Positions 47,977 through 59,672 of a DNA stretch of 60,453 bases are shown in pieces; within the stretch, counting starts at the first letter, position 1; every line of letters starts with the position of its first letter. Position numbers and translations under genes: made by a program. The stretch comes from Fonticula alba ATCC 38817 (lineage: Eukaryota > Protista > Nucleariida), in the NCBI GenBank assembly GCA_000388065.2, contig KB932201.1, one strand, 5' to 3'. Under the pieces are notes generated by a model. It was not told the origin of the DNA, made no database searches, and worked only from the letters and a program-made list of their open reading frames with translations.

Positions 47977-50900
47977 GCCAATACCAACAGCAACATCAAC
48001 AACACTATCATCAACCTCAACAGCAGCAGCAGCAACAGCAGCAGCAACAGCAGCAGCATCAACCACAGCAGCAGCTCCAGCAAGCTCAGCACCACCAGCA
48101 ACATCAGCAGCACAAGCAACACCAGCAGCAGCAGCAGCAGCTCCGTCACCAGCCTCCCAGCTACCACGCCCATCAGCACATGCACCACCACCAGCCTCCC
48201 AGCTACCACGCCCATCAGCACATGCACCACCACCACCACTCGGCCTTGCAGACCGTCACCGAGGAGGAGATCCCCTTCATGCAGGGCTTTCCACAAGCCA
48301 CCGGGGGGTATCGGTCGGCTCCCAGCAGCCGGCCTTCCTCGTCGGAGTCCTTTGACCAGGCATCGCGCTACTCGCTCGGCATTGCCGGCCCACCACATCG
48401 CAGCCACCCATCCGATGGGGGATTTCACTACGCCCGGGGGAGTGCGTCCAATCGAAGCCAATCCGCCGAGGGGGATTTCCATCCGGGCCAGTCGGGCGCC
48501 CCGCCATCCATCTCCATCACGATCGGCGAGCAGAGCTGCAGCGGGCCACTCTCGGCGCCGGTCTACTATCAGCCACATTTGGCTGCCGGGTCGGAGGCCC
48601 GGCCGTCCAGTTCCAACGACAGCAGCCCGTCCACCCACTTGCCGGTATGTCACCGCGCCAGCGCGCTTTTATTCTGCGTCGCTCCGCCCCCCCCCCCCTC
48701 GTTCCCTCGCCGCTTGAATCGCACTCTGCTCAAAGGGTCTCTCTTTTCTCCCCCGGCTCATCTGACACTTCCTTGTGCAGGATCACCCCGCCGCTGCCAT
48801 GTCCCTGGGCAGGATGATGCCACCGACCGGCCAGCCGGCCCCGGTGGTCTCGAGCCCGGGGGCGTCGGACTTCCGGACCGGGCAGCCGATGGGCCCGGCG
48901 CCAGTGCCGATGCCCGGCGGCCGACGCATGAGCGAGCCGAGCATTTTGCTCCACACCCAACACCGGCGCGCCTCCTTCTCGGCCATCTCCACCTCCAGCC
49001 ATGGCGGGGGCTATGCTGACCAAGGCCCATCGGGCTACTTGGGGCCCTTTTCCGCGGGCATGAGTGCCCCGTCCGCGGCACACTCCTCGCCCGGGCCTTC
49101 AGGGGATTCCTTCTTCGTGCGCCAGTATACCCCAGTGCCATTCGACAGCGGGGCGCGACTTGATCAGGCCTTCGAGCCTGCGACTCAGCGACTCGTCACC
49201 CCCGCGGCCGGGGGCACGGGCGTCGGGCCGTCGTCCGCCACCGCGACCGCGACGCCGACCGCCGGAATGGGCATCGCCCATTCCGACGCCGCCGGCTATG
49301 CCAACACTGCCGACGAAACCATGGCCGAGCTACCGGAGCATCCTGGCAGCAGTATCGGCATCCGGCGGGGGTCGCTCGGTCAGGAGGGTGTCCACTCGCG
49401 CGGGGGCACTCCGGCTGCTCCGATGGCCGACATGCCCCCGGGACCCCCGGCCATGGGCGGCACGGGTGCCTTCTATTCCGGCCACTGTGGCCCGGCCGGT
49501 GGCGAGCCCCATGCCCGAGCCGACAACTATGGCACTTTTTCGACCCCTGGCGTCATCATGCCGCCGATGTCCCTGGCCAAGTCGCACCTGGTGGCCGGCC
49601 GGCGGCACTCGGTGCACACGTTGCCAAGTGGCGAAATGGGACCCGCATCCGTCGGACCGGTGCCCCCGCGCGCGTCGTCTGTCACGCCCACCGAGTCCAT
49701 GGGTCCCTCCGGCCGGCATGCGCTTCTCCGGCCGCCGCACCATGATGTGCGGCCTCAGCCCGGGCTGCTGTCCGCTCCTCCGGCGAGCCCGGGCTCTCAG
49801 TCGCATCTGGCAGCACCGCCGGCCCCGTCGCCGCTGCCGCCGCTGCCGCCGCCGCCGCTGCCACCGCCATCTGCCAACCGGCAGCCCGAGCCCACGCCAC
49901 CGCGGGCGCCGCTCCTGCCCGCCAACGAGGCCACCCCCCCGCGGTCGATGTCATCGTCGACCCCTTCCGCCGGGCCATTGGCTCTTTCATCGCACCCGGG
50001 GCCCATGCGCTCGGGCCACCTACCGGGCCCCTTCCGCACGGTGAGCTGCGATACACTTCTCGCCGCCAGCAGCCAGGGGCTCTCTCTGAGCTCCACGGCC
50101 TCCGATGACCTCAAGTCGGCCGCCACCTCCTTCCGGATCTCCCTCGCCCGGGAGGCTCGCGAGGGCGACACCCCGCTGGAAGCCCTCACCGAACGGGCCG
50201 GCTCGACGTTGCGAGCCCTTGCATTGCCGCCGCCGCCGCCGCCGCCGCCACCGCCACCGCCACCGTCACCGCCGCTGCTGCTGTTGCCCCCGGCACCCTC
50301 GCCGACGGCCCACACCGCGGACAAGGAGCCTCCCGGCAGGCCTCCGGTCGGAGCTCCACTCCCACGGCCGCAGACATCTCCCCAAAGGTCGAAGTCCCGC
50401 CAGGCCTCATCGCTGGAAGAGGAGCCCGATCGGCGGCATGGCGCCAAGCCGCGTCGGGCCTCGGTTCCGGTGCTGCCCATTCACCGGGTCAACCAGCGCT
50501 CGGTGCCGTTTGGCGAGCTGTCGCCCGGCCTGGCGGCCCTCGAGCCGGCGACACATGCCCCCGGCCAAAGTGGCTTCTCCAGGGCCGGCCCCGCGGCCGG
50601 ACCCCACACCGACAGCCCGCCGTACGGCCAGTCGCAGCCACCGATGCCGCGGGGCCGGTCGGTGTCCCTCGGCCAGGAGGACCACCCCCAGTGGGCACCT
50701 GCGCGGCGGTTCTCCTTCAGCGACTTGCCCCTGGCCGAGGAGGCCTCCCATCGTCCGAGCCCCCCGGTACCGGGGCCGCTGATCATTCGGTCGATGTCGC
50801 TGGATTCGCCGTTGGCCCTGGCGCCGCTGCATGACAGCAACACCCCCCTCGAGTCATTGCCACCCGCCAGCCCGCAGAGCGCCCCGCCGGTGTCCGAGGC

Positions 50901-53460
50901 TGCCCCGGCCCCGGCGGCGCCCCAGCCGTTGTCCAAACGCCAGCGCGTGGACCGGTCGCCGGTCTTGCGCCCGGATGTCCACCAGCCGGACTTGGGTCCA
51001 TGCCAGGAGGGCACGCATCAGGCTCCCCCAGCCGGGACTCGGGGCAAGTCGGCGGAGGAGCCCGAGCGGCCGGGCCACCGCCCGAATGAGGAGAGGTCTT
51101 TGGACGAGATCGAGCGCGAGCAGGCGGCCCTGCGCCGTCTGCTGCAGGAGCAGCAGGAGGAGCTCAAGAAGCAGCAGCTCATCCTCAAGCAGCAGCTCCT
51201 GCACCAGAAGCGCCAGCAGGAGCAACTTCTCGTCAGCCAGAAGGCCCTCGAGCGCCAGCACATGCTCCATCACCACCATCAGCTGCTCCTGCGCCAGCAA
51301 CACAATCAGACCATCCAGCCGGCTGGGGCCTTTGCACCGAGCATCCATCCGGGCGGCAGCACCAGCGGCCCAATGCCCAATGCCCTGCCGGCAACGTCAA
51401 CCATTGCCGACTCGCTGGCACTCATGATGCAACTTCAGACAGCCATGGCGGTCGACAGCGCGACCTTCTCAACGCAGGGGCTGCGCGATGGGCTCCTGCC
51501 CTCCGGTCTGTGGGGCATGCCCAAGACCATGCCCACCAACCCGATGACGCTTCTCTCATCGTCGTCGTCGTCGTCGTCCTCCTCCTCCTCCTCCTCCTCC
51601 TCCGCCGCCGCCCTCTCATCTTCCTCTGCTGCCGCCGCCGGCGCCGCCACCGCTTTGGAGCCTCCACCGCCCCGTGTGCTGAAGCAGTCGCCGGCCGCCT
51701 GTCCGACCAAGGCCCCGGAGGCCAGGCTTCCCAGCCGGGCCGGAACCGGCCCGCGAGCCAGGACCCCCTCCCCCGGCAGCAAGGAACAACAGCCGGCAAG
51801 TCAGGACTGCCGTCGGGACGGGCGCCAGGCTGATAGCGCCGAGGGCGATGTTGAGGGCGGCTCTTCCAGCAGCGTCGCCAACAGGGCCAACCCGCCGGGG
51901 ATGGGGCCCAGCCCGGTCACCAACACACGCAGCAGCGACGGCGGCGGGACCGGCACCGGCACCGGCACCGGCACCGGCACCGGCAGCTCGGCTGGCAGGC
52001 CCGCGTCCACGGGCCAGACTCCTTTCGCCCCCTCGGACCGGGCTCAGCCCTTCCTTAATGAGGACCCAGGCCAGCTCCCTGGCCCGGGCACGTGCGGAGC
52101 CTCGAGCAAGGGCGGCTGCTCGGCCTCTCCCCCGGCGACGGCCCAAACCATGGACGACGGTCGGCAGTTTGCGCCATCGACCGGCAACTGCTCGGGCACC
52201 GACGCCGGGCACTCCTCGGCCGGCTCGCCCCCCTCGGATGCCTTGAAGGTCATCACCACAAGCGAGGGCAATGCCTGGGTGCTCCGACGGCGGAATCGCA
52301 CACGGGCCTCGCAGTCGGCGAACTACATCCGCCGGCCGATGAACGCCTTCCTGCTGTTCCGTCAGCACCGGTCCGCCGAGCTGGCCCAAGAGGCCATCAA
52401 CTTGCAGGAGCGCGAAATCCTCCGCATGGCCCAGGGCATCCCCAACACCGGGCCCGACAGCAGTGACACCCTGTCCGAGAGCCGGTCTCGGACCCCGTCA
52501 GTCGGCCCCGGCGGCGGCGGCGGCGGCGGCGGCGGCACCGGGTCGGCATTGACCGCCAGCGATCTCCTCACCGGGCCCGTGCAGCTGCGCGTCCTCTCCA
52601 CCAGCCCCATTGACTCCTCGGACTCGGCCCAGGAAACCCCCTCGACATCGGACAAGAGGCCCTCCCCCCGGCGGAAGACCACCCTCATGGTCAAGTCCCT
52701 CGGCATGAACAATCTAGACCTGAGCCGGGCCCTTGGCAATGAGTGGCGTCAGATGGACGACGCCAAGCGCGCCTACTGGTACCAGAAGGCCAATGAACTG
52801 AAGGAGGAGCATGAGCGCAATCATCCCGACTGGAAGTTCATGCCGCGGGCGCGCTCGCGGGCGCGCCCTCCGCTGGCCACTTCCTCGAGCGGCACCTCGA
52901 CTGCTGCTACTTCGCCCGGGCAGTTTGACGCGACACCCGGCTCCCAGGCCCCGGCCAACCTCAGGACCGACCTGGCCGCTCCCTCGCCGGGGGATATGCC
53001 ACAGCCCCCTCCATCCCCCATGAACGTCTACATGCCTGTCCAGGCATCGGCCGCCCAGGCACATGGGAATCTCTCCTGCACTTCCATGCCAACGCACGCC
53101 GCCCTCGCGGCCGGCGATGTGGCCAGGCCACCGTCCCTGGAAAAGGCCCCTCCCCCAGGGATGCCCTCTCATGGGCCAGTCGCCCTGGCCCGGGCTGAAG
53201 GCAGTGGCCCTGTCATGTCGCCCGCCTCGGCTCGGGACAGCATGGCGTCCGCGAATCCGGCGATCTTTTCATCGGCCCCCGATCCGATGGTCGGGCCCGG
53301 GTGCCCCGCAGTCCCGCCGAACCCCACGCCAGCGGTCAGCTCCCCCACTGCGGAAGCCGCTGGCAGCGGCCCGGACCAGCCTGCCCTGGCCCCGGGGGCC
53401 ACCCTGCGCCCCTCGGTGGAAGACCAGTTCGGGCATCGAGTCTGCAAGATGGAGATGTGA
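46008..53460 (+). CDS. HMG-box (SOX/MATA/Rox1-like) transcription factor with polyQ/H tract, ~2438 aa
   Basis: Exons 46008-48644 and 48781-53460 (GTATGT..CAG, phase 0). HMG motifs IRRPMNAFLLFRQH and NNLDLSRALGNEWRQMDDAKRAYWYQKANELKEEHERNHPDWKFMPR at 52327-52848. Confidence 0.9.
47661..48240 (+). repeat. Coding CAG/CAA/CAC-rich tract (polyQ/H) with nested 27-bp x3 and 42-bp x2 tandem units
   Basis: HQQALQQQQ x3 at 47739-47819 and HQPPSYHAHQHMHH x2 at 48147-48230. Confidence 0.95.
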
Positions 53461-54204
53461 CACACATATGCCGGTCGTCGGTCCGCCTTTTGAGCACTTT
53501 ATTTTTGTACTATTATCCCCCCCCCCCCCCCCCCCNNNNNNNNNNNNNNNNNNNNNNNNNCCCCCCCCCCGCCGCCCCTCTCCTCGCTTTCTCGGCCAGC
53601 GAGGGGAGAACGAAAGACCAGGGCCGAAGGATCGGGGACGGCAAATTTTGCCACCCAGTTTATTTTTGTCTATTTACTTTTGCCTGTCACCCTCTCCGTC
53701 GCCCCGCCCTCTCGCCCTCTCGCCCCTATTTCTGCCCCTCTGGCCCTCCAGGCCCCATGGCAAATGTACATCCAGATACCAGCACCCTCATCAATCCCCT
53801 GTTCTGCCACTCTGGCACCTCTCAAAAGGGGGCAGAGTATCCATATTTGTCTTTCCCTTCTTCTCTTTTTTCCGCCCCTTTTCCCTCAGTGCGCCCCGAT
53901 CCTTTGCCCACTGCTCGCCCGGGTGCGAGGGATCTCTCGCCACTCGCCAGCGTGACATCCATCGGAGGGGAACTCTGTATTTAGTCTAGGTGAGACAGGA
54001 GTATGAGTGTCGGGTTGGCAGAATTCGTGATGAGGAGGCACCAGAGGGAGGGGAGGAGGTGGGGGGGGGGGGGGGGGGGAGATACGACATAACGAAGGGA
54101 ACGAAATATTGAGAACGGACAAGAAACGTAAGCACTAGGCTACGACCTGAACCAGACGGAGGGGAGGCGAGGCGGGGGGGGGGGGAGCCAGCTCCGGCCC
54201 CGTC

Positions 54205-56178
54205 TCAGTCGTGCTTGGTGCTGTCCGAGGCCGAAGCCGAGACCGCGGAGACCGTGGACACCTTGGCCGGGTCAGGCACAACCCCGGCTCCGGTGGCCTT
54301 GCGTGGAGCCCGGCCCCGGAGGACCGCGCTGCCGAGGATGGCCACCACCGGGACCAGGTGGCCGAAGTAGCCCAGAGCCCAGTAGGCCCGGTGACAGGCG
54401 GCCGTGGACTTGAGCATGAACCCCACCAGGGCATAGGTGATGGTGATGTCGGCCACGATGAAGCGCACCGCCGAGACCACCACACCGGGGAGGTGGACAA
54501 ACACCGGGGCCGCCAGGGCCGCCAGTACCGGCTCGGCCAGCTGGTCCACGAACTCCAGGAAGAAGGTGGAGAAGTAGCCCGGGGCAAAACCGTGCCACAG
54601 GGCAAGGAAAAAGAGCGTGCCCAGGAGACTGAGATTTCGGTTCCCGAGGAAGCGCAGACGCTTGTACACGTACTCCTTAACCCAGGCATTGGTGTTGATG
54701 TTGAAGGAGTGCACATAGTGGTCGATGCAGGTGGCCGTCTCAAAGCGCCAGGGGTTGAAATTAAGCAGGGTATTGAAGTACACCTGGCTCCGGCCGCCCT
54801 CCGAGGGGAGTGGCCCGACCAGCAGGCCGGTGGGCTGAGGCGGCTGGTCCGGCTGGATGGCAACATCCGTTGGGCGTGCCTCAGCCCCCAGGCCACAGAG
54901 GACCACAGCCCCATGCGTCAGGCACCAGGTTCCCGCGTACCGACACAGCAGGCCGCGAATGGACACCCAAGAAAAGAGGAGGCGTCCAAACCAGGGCGTC
55001 TGGTAGAGGAAGCGCTCGGAGTCCAGGTCGGCCGTCGGGAAGCGCCCGCCGATGAAGGCATTGAGTCCCATGTACCCGGTTCCCATGAGGAAGTACATGG
55101 CTCCGAGCTTCCACTGGAGGGGGAGCTATTCCGACGAGTAGCAGGAGAGAGGAGGGGGGGGGAAGAGGCAGCAGTGTCAACATCCATAGTGTGTCGCTCG
55201 GTTCTTGTTACCGGACGAAGAGATCCCAACAGAAGGGATTGAGCAGGGCAGGATAGGAGGCATGGGGAAAGAGGGAGGCCCAGAGAGAGAGAGGCCCAGA
55301 GGGGTGGAGAAGCCGACGCACAGTGGGGTGAAGCGGCCCGGACATCATGGTGTTATAAGTGTTGTAGCCATACTGCGGTCCAACGAGGAAACCCGACCAG
55401 TGGTATGCGAAGCCCAAGTACTCCAGGACGTTGGGGCACCGGTCGATGGCGGCCTTGCGCTGATGGCGCCCTCGGCGCTCGGGGTTCGGCTCGTCAAGTG
55501 CATCGCATCGGTCATAGGCGAAGGCGATCATGCGCAAGCAGAGGACACACTGGGCCATGGTCCAGTCGATGTCATAGGCCGTGGCTGACGACACAAGGAA
55601 GTAGGCCAGGAGGAGCGACCCCTTTGGGAATCCCAGGACCAAAGCAAGTGCGGTTGTGTGGTTGGCAGTTGAGGGTTGCACATCTGTGAGGATGGGGCAG
55701 GGGACAGGAGGCAGCAGGGGGGGCGGCGGCGGGGGGGGGGACACGGTCGGACGAGGAGAAAGGGAGAGCAGGGCGTACGAAGTTGAGCAGCCACGTGGCA
55801 TACATGATCGCCGGCCGGGGAAGCAAGCGCACACAGAGGTATGTGGCCAGGATGGCGGCCAAAGAAAAGACAATGTCCCGGCCATAGCAGAAGAGGGCCA
55901 CCGAGATGCCCATCAAGGCCGAGAAAAGGTGCTGGTATTGGCCGGGCGAGAGCCGGGAGGGGAAGACAGCGCGAAGGGGGTAAGCATGACAGGTCGGCCG
56001 AATCAAGTGGACGTGTGGAATATCATCAACGCACCCGGAACATCACAGGGACGTTGGGCTGCAGGATGAAGATCTTGAATACAAGGGAGATTGGGTAACC
56101 AGCCAAGATGCCGAGCAGCAACTTGATGCCATCCGGCGAGGTCCCTGCCGCCAGGGCGAGGGAGTCGATGAGAGACAT
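54205..56178 (-). CDS. MBOAT-family lysophospholipid acyltransferase, LPCAT3/MBOAT5-like, ~505 aa
   Basis: Exons 56178-56035, 55931-55779, 55621-55322, 55125-54205. Motifs DIDWTMAQCVLCLRM, LEYLGFAY..GFLVGPQ, FNINTNAWVKEYVYKRLRFLGN and catalytic-His motif LALWHG..PGY. The exon 3 acceptor is less certain. Confidence 0.92.
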
Positions 56179-58139
56179 GGCAAAGTCACGCTGGGCGGGG
56201 GGGAGGGGGGACGAGGGAAGGAAGCAGGGGAAAGTCGAGTGACAAGCAGCAGAAGGAGGATCCCCAGGCAGGCAGACAGTCAGCAGGACGGGGAGAGGGG
56301 GGGGGGGAGGGGGAGGGAGATCCTTGTGGCATCATGAAGGGTGGCCACCCGGCAGAGCGTCACCCTTTGAAGCACTTGCCTCGCCCCTCCGCGCCTGGTC
56401 CCGGCAGCACACTCGCTGGGCCTGGGCCATCGGCAGGATCCAGGGCCTGACGGTCGTGGAAGGTCCCCCGTGCGGATCGGACGTCAGCGGCGGGCGCGGG
56501 GGACGTGTGCGTGCATGGGGGAGCGGAGGAACAGGAGGTCAGCACCGGCGACAAAAGGAAGGCGAAAGGGGCAGGGGAGGGGGGGGGGGGGAGGACGAGA
56601 GCGACGAACCGGAGTCCTGAGATCAACTAAGGGTGGGGGCGCGGAGGACTGGGGGGAGGGTGAGTTGAGGCTCCATCCAGGGGGAATGACGGCGGGGGGT
56701 GTCTTTTTCAGCGGGCCGGTTTCCCTCTGCCGCATGTGTTTAGGGGGGACAGAGGGGGCCGTCCCCCCCCCCCTCCCTGGGACAAGAAAGGGTGCAGGAT
56801 ATTGGCGCGCACGCGCGCGCGCCTGTGTGTACGCAGGTGTGCGAGCGCATGCCCGTGCATGCCCAGCCACGCGCGTTGCAGCTAGTCAAGCGCGTCCCCG
56901 CGGCTCCGCCCCCCTGGGGGAAGAGAGAACCAGGGCCGGGAGCCACCAGGCGTCCCTGTGGCCGCCGTACCCAGGGCGGCACCCTGCGTCACCCAGGCCC
57001 GTGGACAGCTCTCTCGCGGCCGCGCCTCGGTGTGGCCATGCCGCAAACGGTGCGGCAGTTTCCCTCCGTCCCCGGCGCGCCCCGGGGCCCCCCCCCCCCC
57101 CCCAGGCCCTTCTCCCTGCATGTCCGGCGGTGGCCGCGCCGCGCTGTGGTATGCCCTTGCCCACCAATGCCTGGGCCAGGGGGTGGGGCGCGTCCACGCG
57201 AACGCCCANNNNNNNNNNGAGGGCTAGGATTCTGGGACAGGCTCTGAGCCTGGCTAAGAAGAGCAACCACCCGGACAGATGGCGGCCCCGCAGAATCCGT
57301 GAGAAAATCCGGAGTGATTGGGGGTTGTGATCACCCTGCATTCGGGGGCATGATCATGGAATAGTATTTATCCACCCTTAGGGTGCCAGTGGATTTGGTA
57401 AAACCCTTGCCTCCTACGCGACTGCCCTCGCAAGCGCGCCTGCTCCCAGGCAGGCGGGGCGCAGGGAGGCGGATGGAGAGAGAGAAAGAGGGAGAGAGAG
57501 AAAGAGGGAGAGAGAGAAAGAGGGAGAGAGAGAGAGAGAGAGAGAGCAGAACCCCATTTTGCTGGCTCGAGAGTGAGGCTGACAAATGGGCAACCCCTGG
57601 GCCTGGCCATCCCGGGCCGCCCTCCATCAACCAGGCGCCTTGCTAGAGTGCAGCCAAGCAGCTTTTGTCGTGCGTACCCAACGGAACAGAACCTGCTGGG
57701 CTGGCATGTGTCCCCGCGCGTGTCTCTAGCATTGACACGCCCTTGTCTCTTCGAGCAACGGGGCGAGGGCTAGCCCGGCTCCAAGCACGGACGGGGTGCT
57801 CCTCGAAGGGAGGTATGGTGGAGGCCAGCCTGGGCAACGGAGAGAGGGCCGGGCATCACCCCCCGCCCGCCCCCCCTTCAGAGCCCCAGGCTCAGCGACT
57901 GAACGTGTCCCTGGCCCCAGCACGAGCACGGGGCAGGCAGGCAGGCAACGGGGCAGGGCCCAGGCGGGGGGCACCCGAGAACAGCTGACAACTGGGCTGA
58001 TCCCAACTTACGTCGCAAGTGTCCTTGCTCGTTTATTCGCATGTACGCCTTTTTGCACACATCTCTGCGCGGGGCGCCTCGGTGTCGTCCCCGCCCCCCC
58101 CCCCCCCCCCCGCACCCCTTTTGCCCCGGCACGGTGTAA

Positions 58140-58173
<34 letters not shown>

Positions 58174-58402
58174 GGAGTGCCCAGGGGGTCTGCTCTCGCC
58201 CTCTCCCGTTTGTGCGACCGGAGAGAGTTCATCTCCGCGACACCAACGGATTTGGCTTTTCGGCCGGCGTCAGGACCGGCCCTGCCCGGGCGCCGGGGGG
58301 CGTGTCGCCAGCAAGTCCTCCCCCGGCTCCCTTCTCGCCTCCTTTCGCCCGAAGGATCCTCCCCCCCCCTCCTCCTCCCCTCGCACACCTGCGCAGCCCG
58401 CC

Positions 58403-59672
58403 ATGTTTGCCCTCACCACTCGTGCCCTGACCGCCCGCTCGGGCTCCGTCGCCCTGCGCGCCGCCTACTCCTCCGCTGCCAAGGTGCGCCTGTCCGCGCT
58501 GCCGTCCGGCCATCGCCTCCTGTGTCGCGCCCCCTTTCCACTGACATCCCTTTGCTGGGCCCTTTGTCGGGGCCCCTGTCGCCTGCTCAGACCATCACCG
58601 TCCGCGAGGCCCTCAACTCTGCCCTCGATGAGGAGCTCGCCCGTGACGAGAAGGTCTTCATCCTCGGTGAGGAGGTTGCCCAGTACAACGGCCCGTACAA
58701 GATCACTCGCGGTCTGCTTGAGAAGTACGGCGAGAAGCGCGTCATCGACACCCCCATCACTGAGATGGTGCGTTGCCCTTTTTTTTTCTTCTTTCTTTTC
58801 CTCTCCCCCCTCCCTCCTTGGGGCCGCCCTGCGCCTCGCCCTTTCGCACATCCCTCTTGCCCCTCCCCTCCTCCGCCTATCTATCTATCTACAAACATAT
58901 ATATATTTCTCGCCCTGGCTTCGGGCTTGCGGCCTCTGACGTGTGCTGTCCCCCACCCCCGCCCACTCATACCATGTAATGGAATGCCACTGTCCCAGGG
59001 CTTCGCCGGTATCGCTGTCGGCGCTGGCTTCGGTGGCCTGAAGCCCATTTGCGAGTTCATGACTTTCAACTTCTCCATGCAGGCCATCGACCAGATTGTC
59101 AACTCCGCCGGCAAGACCCTCTACATGTCCGGTGGTCGTGGTGAGTGCCCGATTGTCTTCCGTGGCCCGAACGGCTCGGCCATCGGTGTCGGTGCCCAGC
59201 ACTCCCAGTGCTTCGCCGCCTGGTATGGATCCATCCCCGGCCTCAAGGTCCTGTCCCCCTGGAACTCGGAGGATGCCCGCGGTCTGCTGAAGGCCGCCGT
59301 GCGCGACCCGAACCCCGTTGTCTTCCTTGAGAACGAGATCATGTACGGTGTCCCGTTCGAGGTTTCGGAGGAGGTTCTGTCCGAGGACTTCGTCCTGCCC
59401 ATCGGCAAGGCCAAGATTGAGCGCGCCGGCAAGGACCTCACCATCGTGGCCCATTCGAAGCCCGTTGGTGACAGCCTGGCCGCCGCCGAGATCCTGGCCA
59501 AGGAGTATGGCGTCGATGCCGAGGTCATCAACCTCCGGTCCATTCGCCCGCTGGACATCGACACCATCATTGCCTCTGTCAAGAAGACCGGCCGCCTGAT
59601 GACCGTCGAGGGTGGCTACCCCATGTTCGGTGTTGGCTCGGAGATCGTCGCCCAGGTCATGGAGAGCGATGC
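58403..59672 (+). CDS. PDHB: Pyruvate dehydrogenase E1 beta subunit, mitochondrial (3' partial; last exon not in readable sequence)
   Basis: Exons 58403-58483 (Arg-rich presequence without acidic residues), 58591-58767, 58999-59672, then donor GTGCGT at 59673 running into the N gap. Motifs [60 protein letters not shown] and [12 protein letters not shown]. Confidence 0.97.

Noticed and set aside
46608-52389. Long antisense ORFs over the HMG, homeobox and PDE genes (polyL, polyV, polyA products)
   Set aside because: Shadow frames of low-complexity GC-rich coding sequence.
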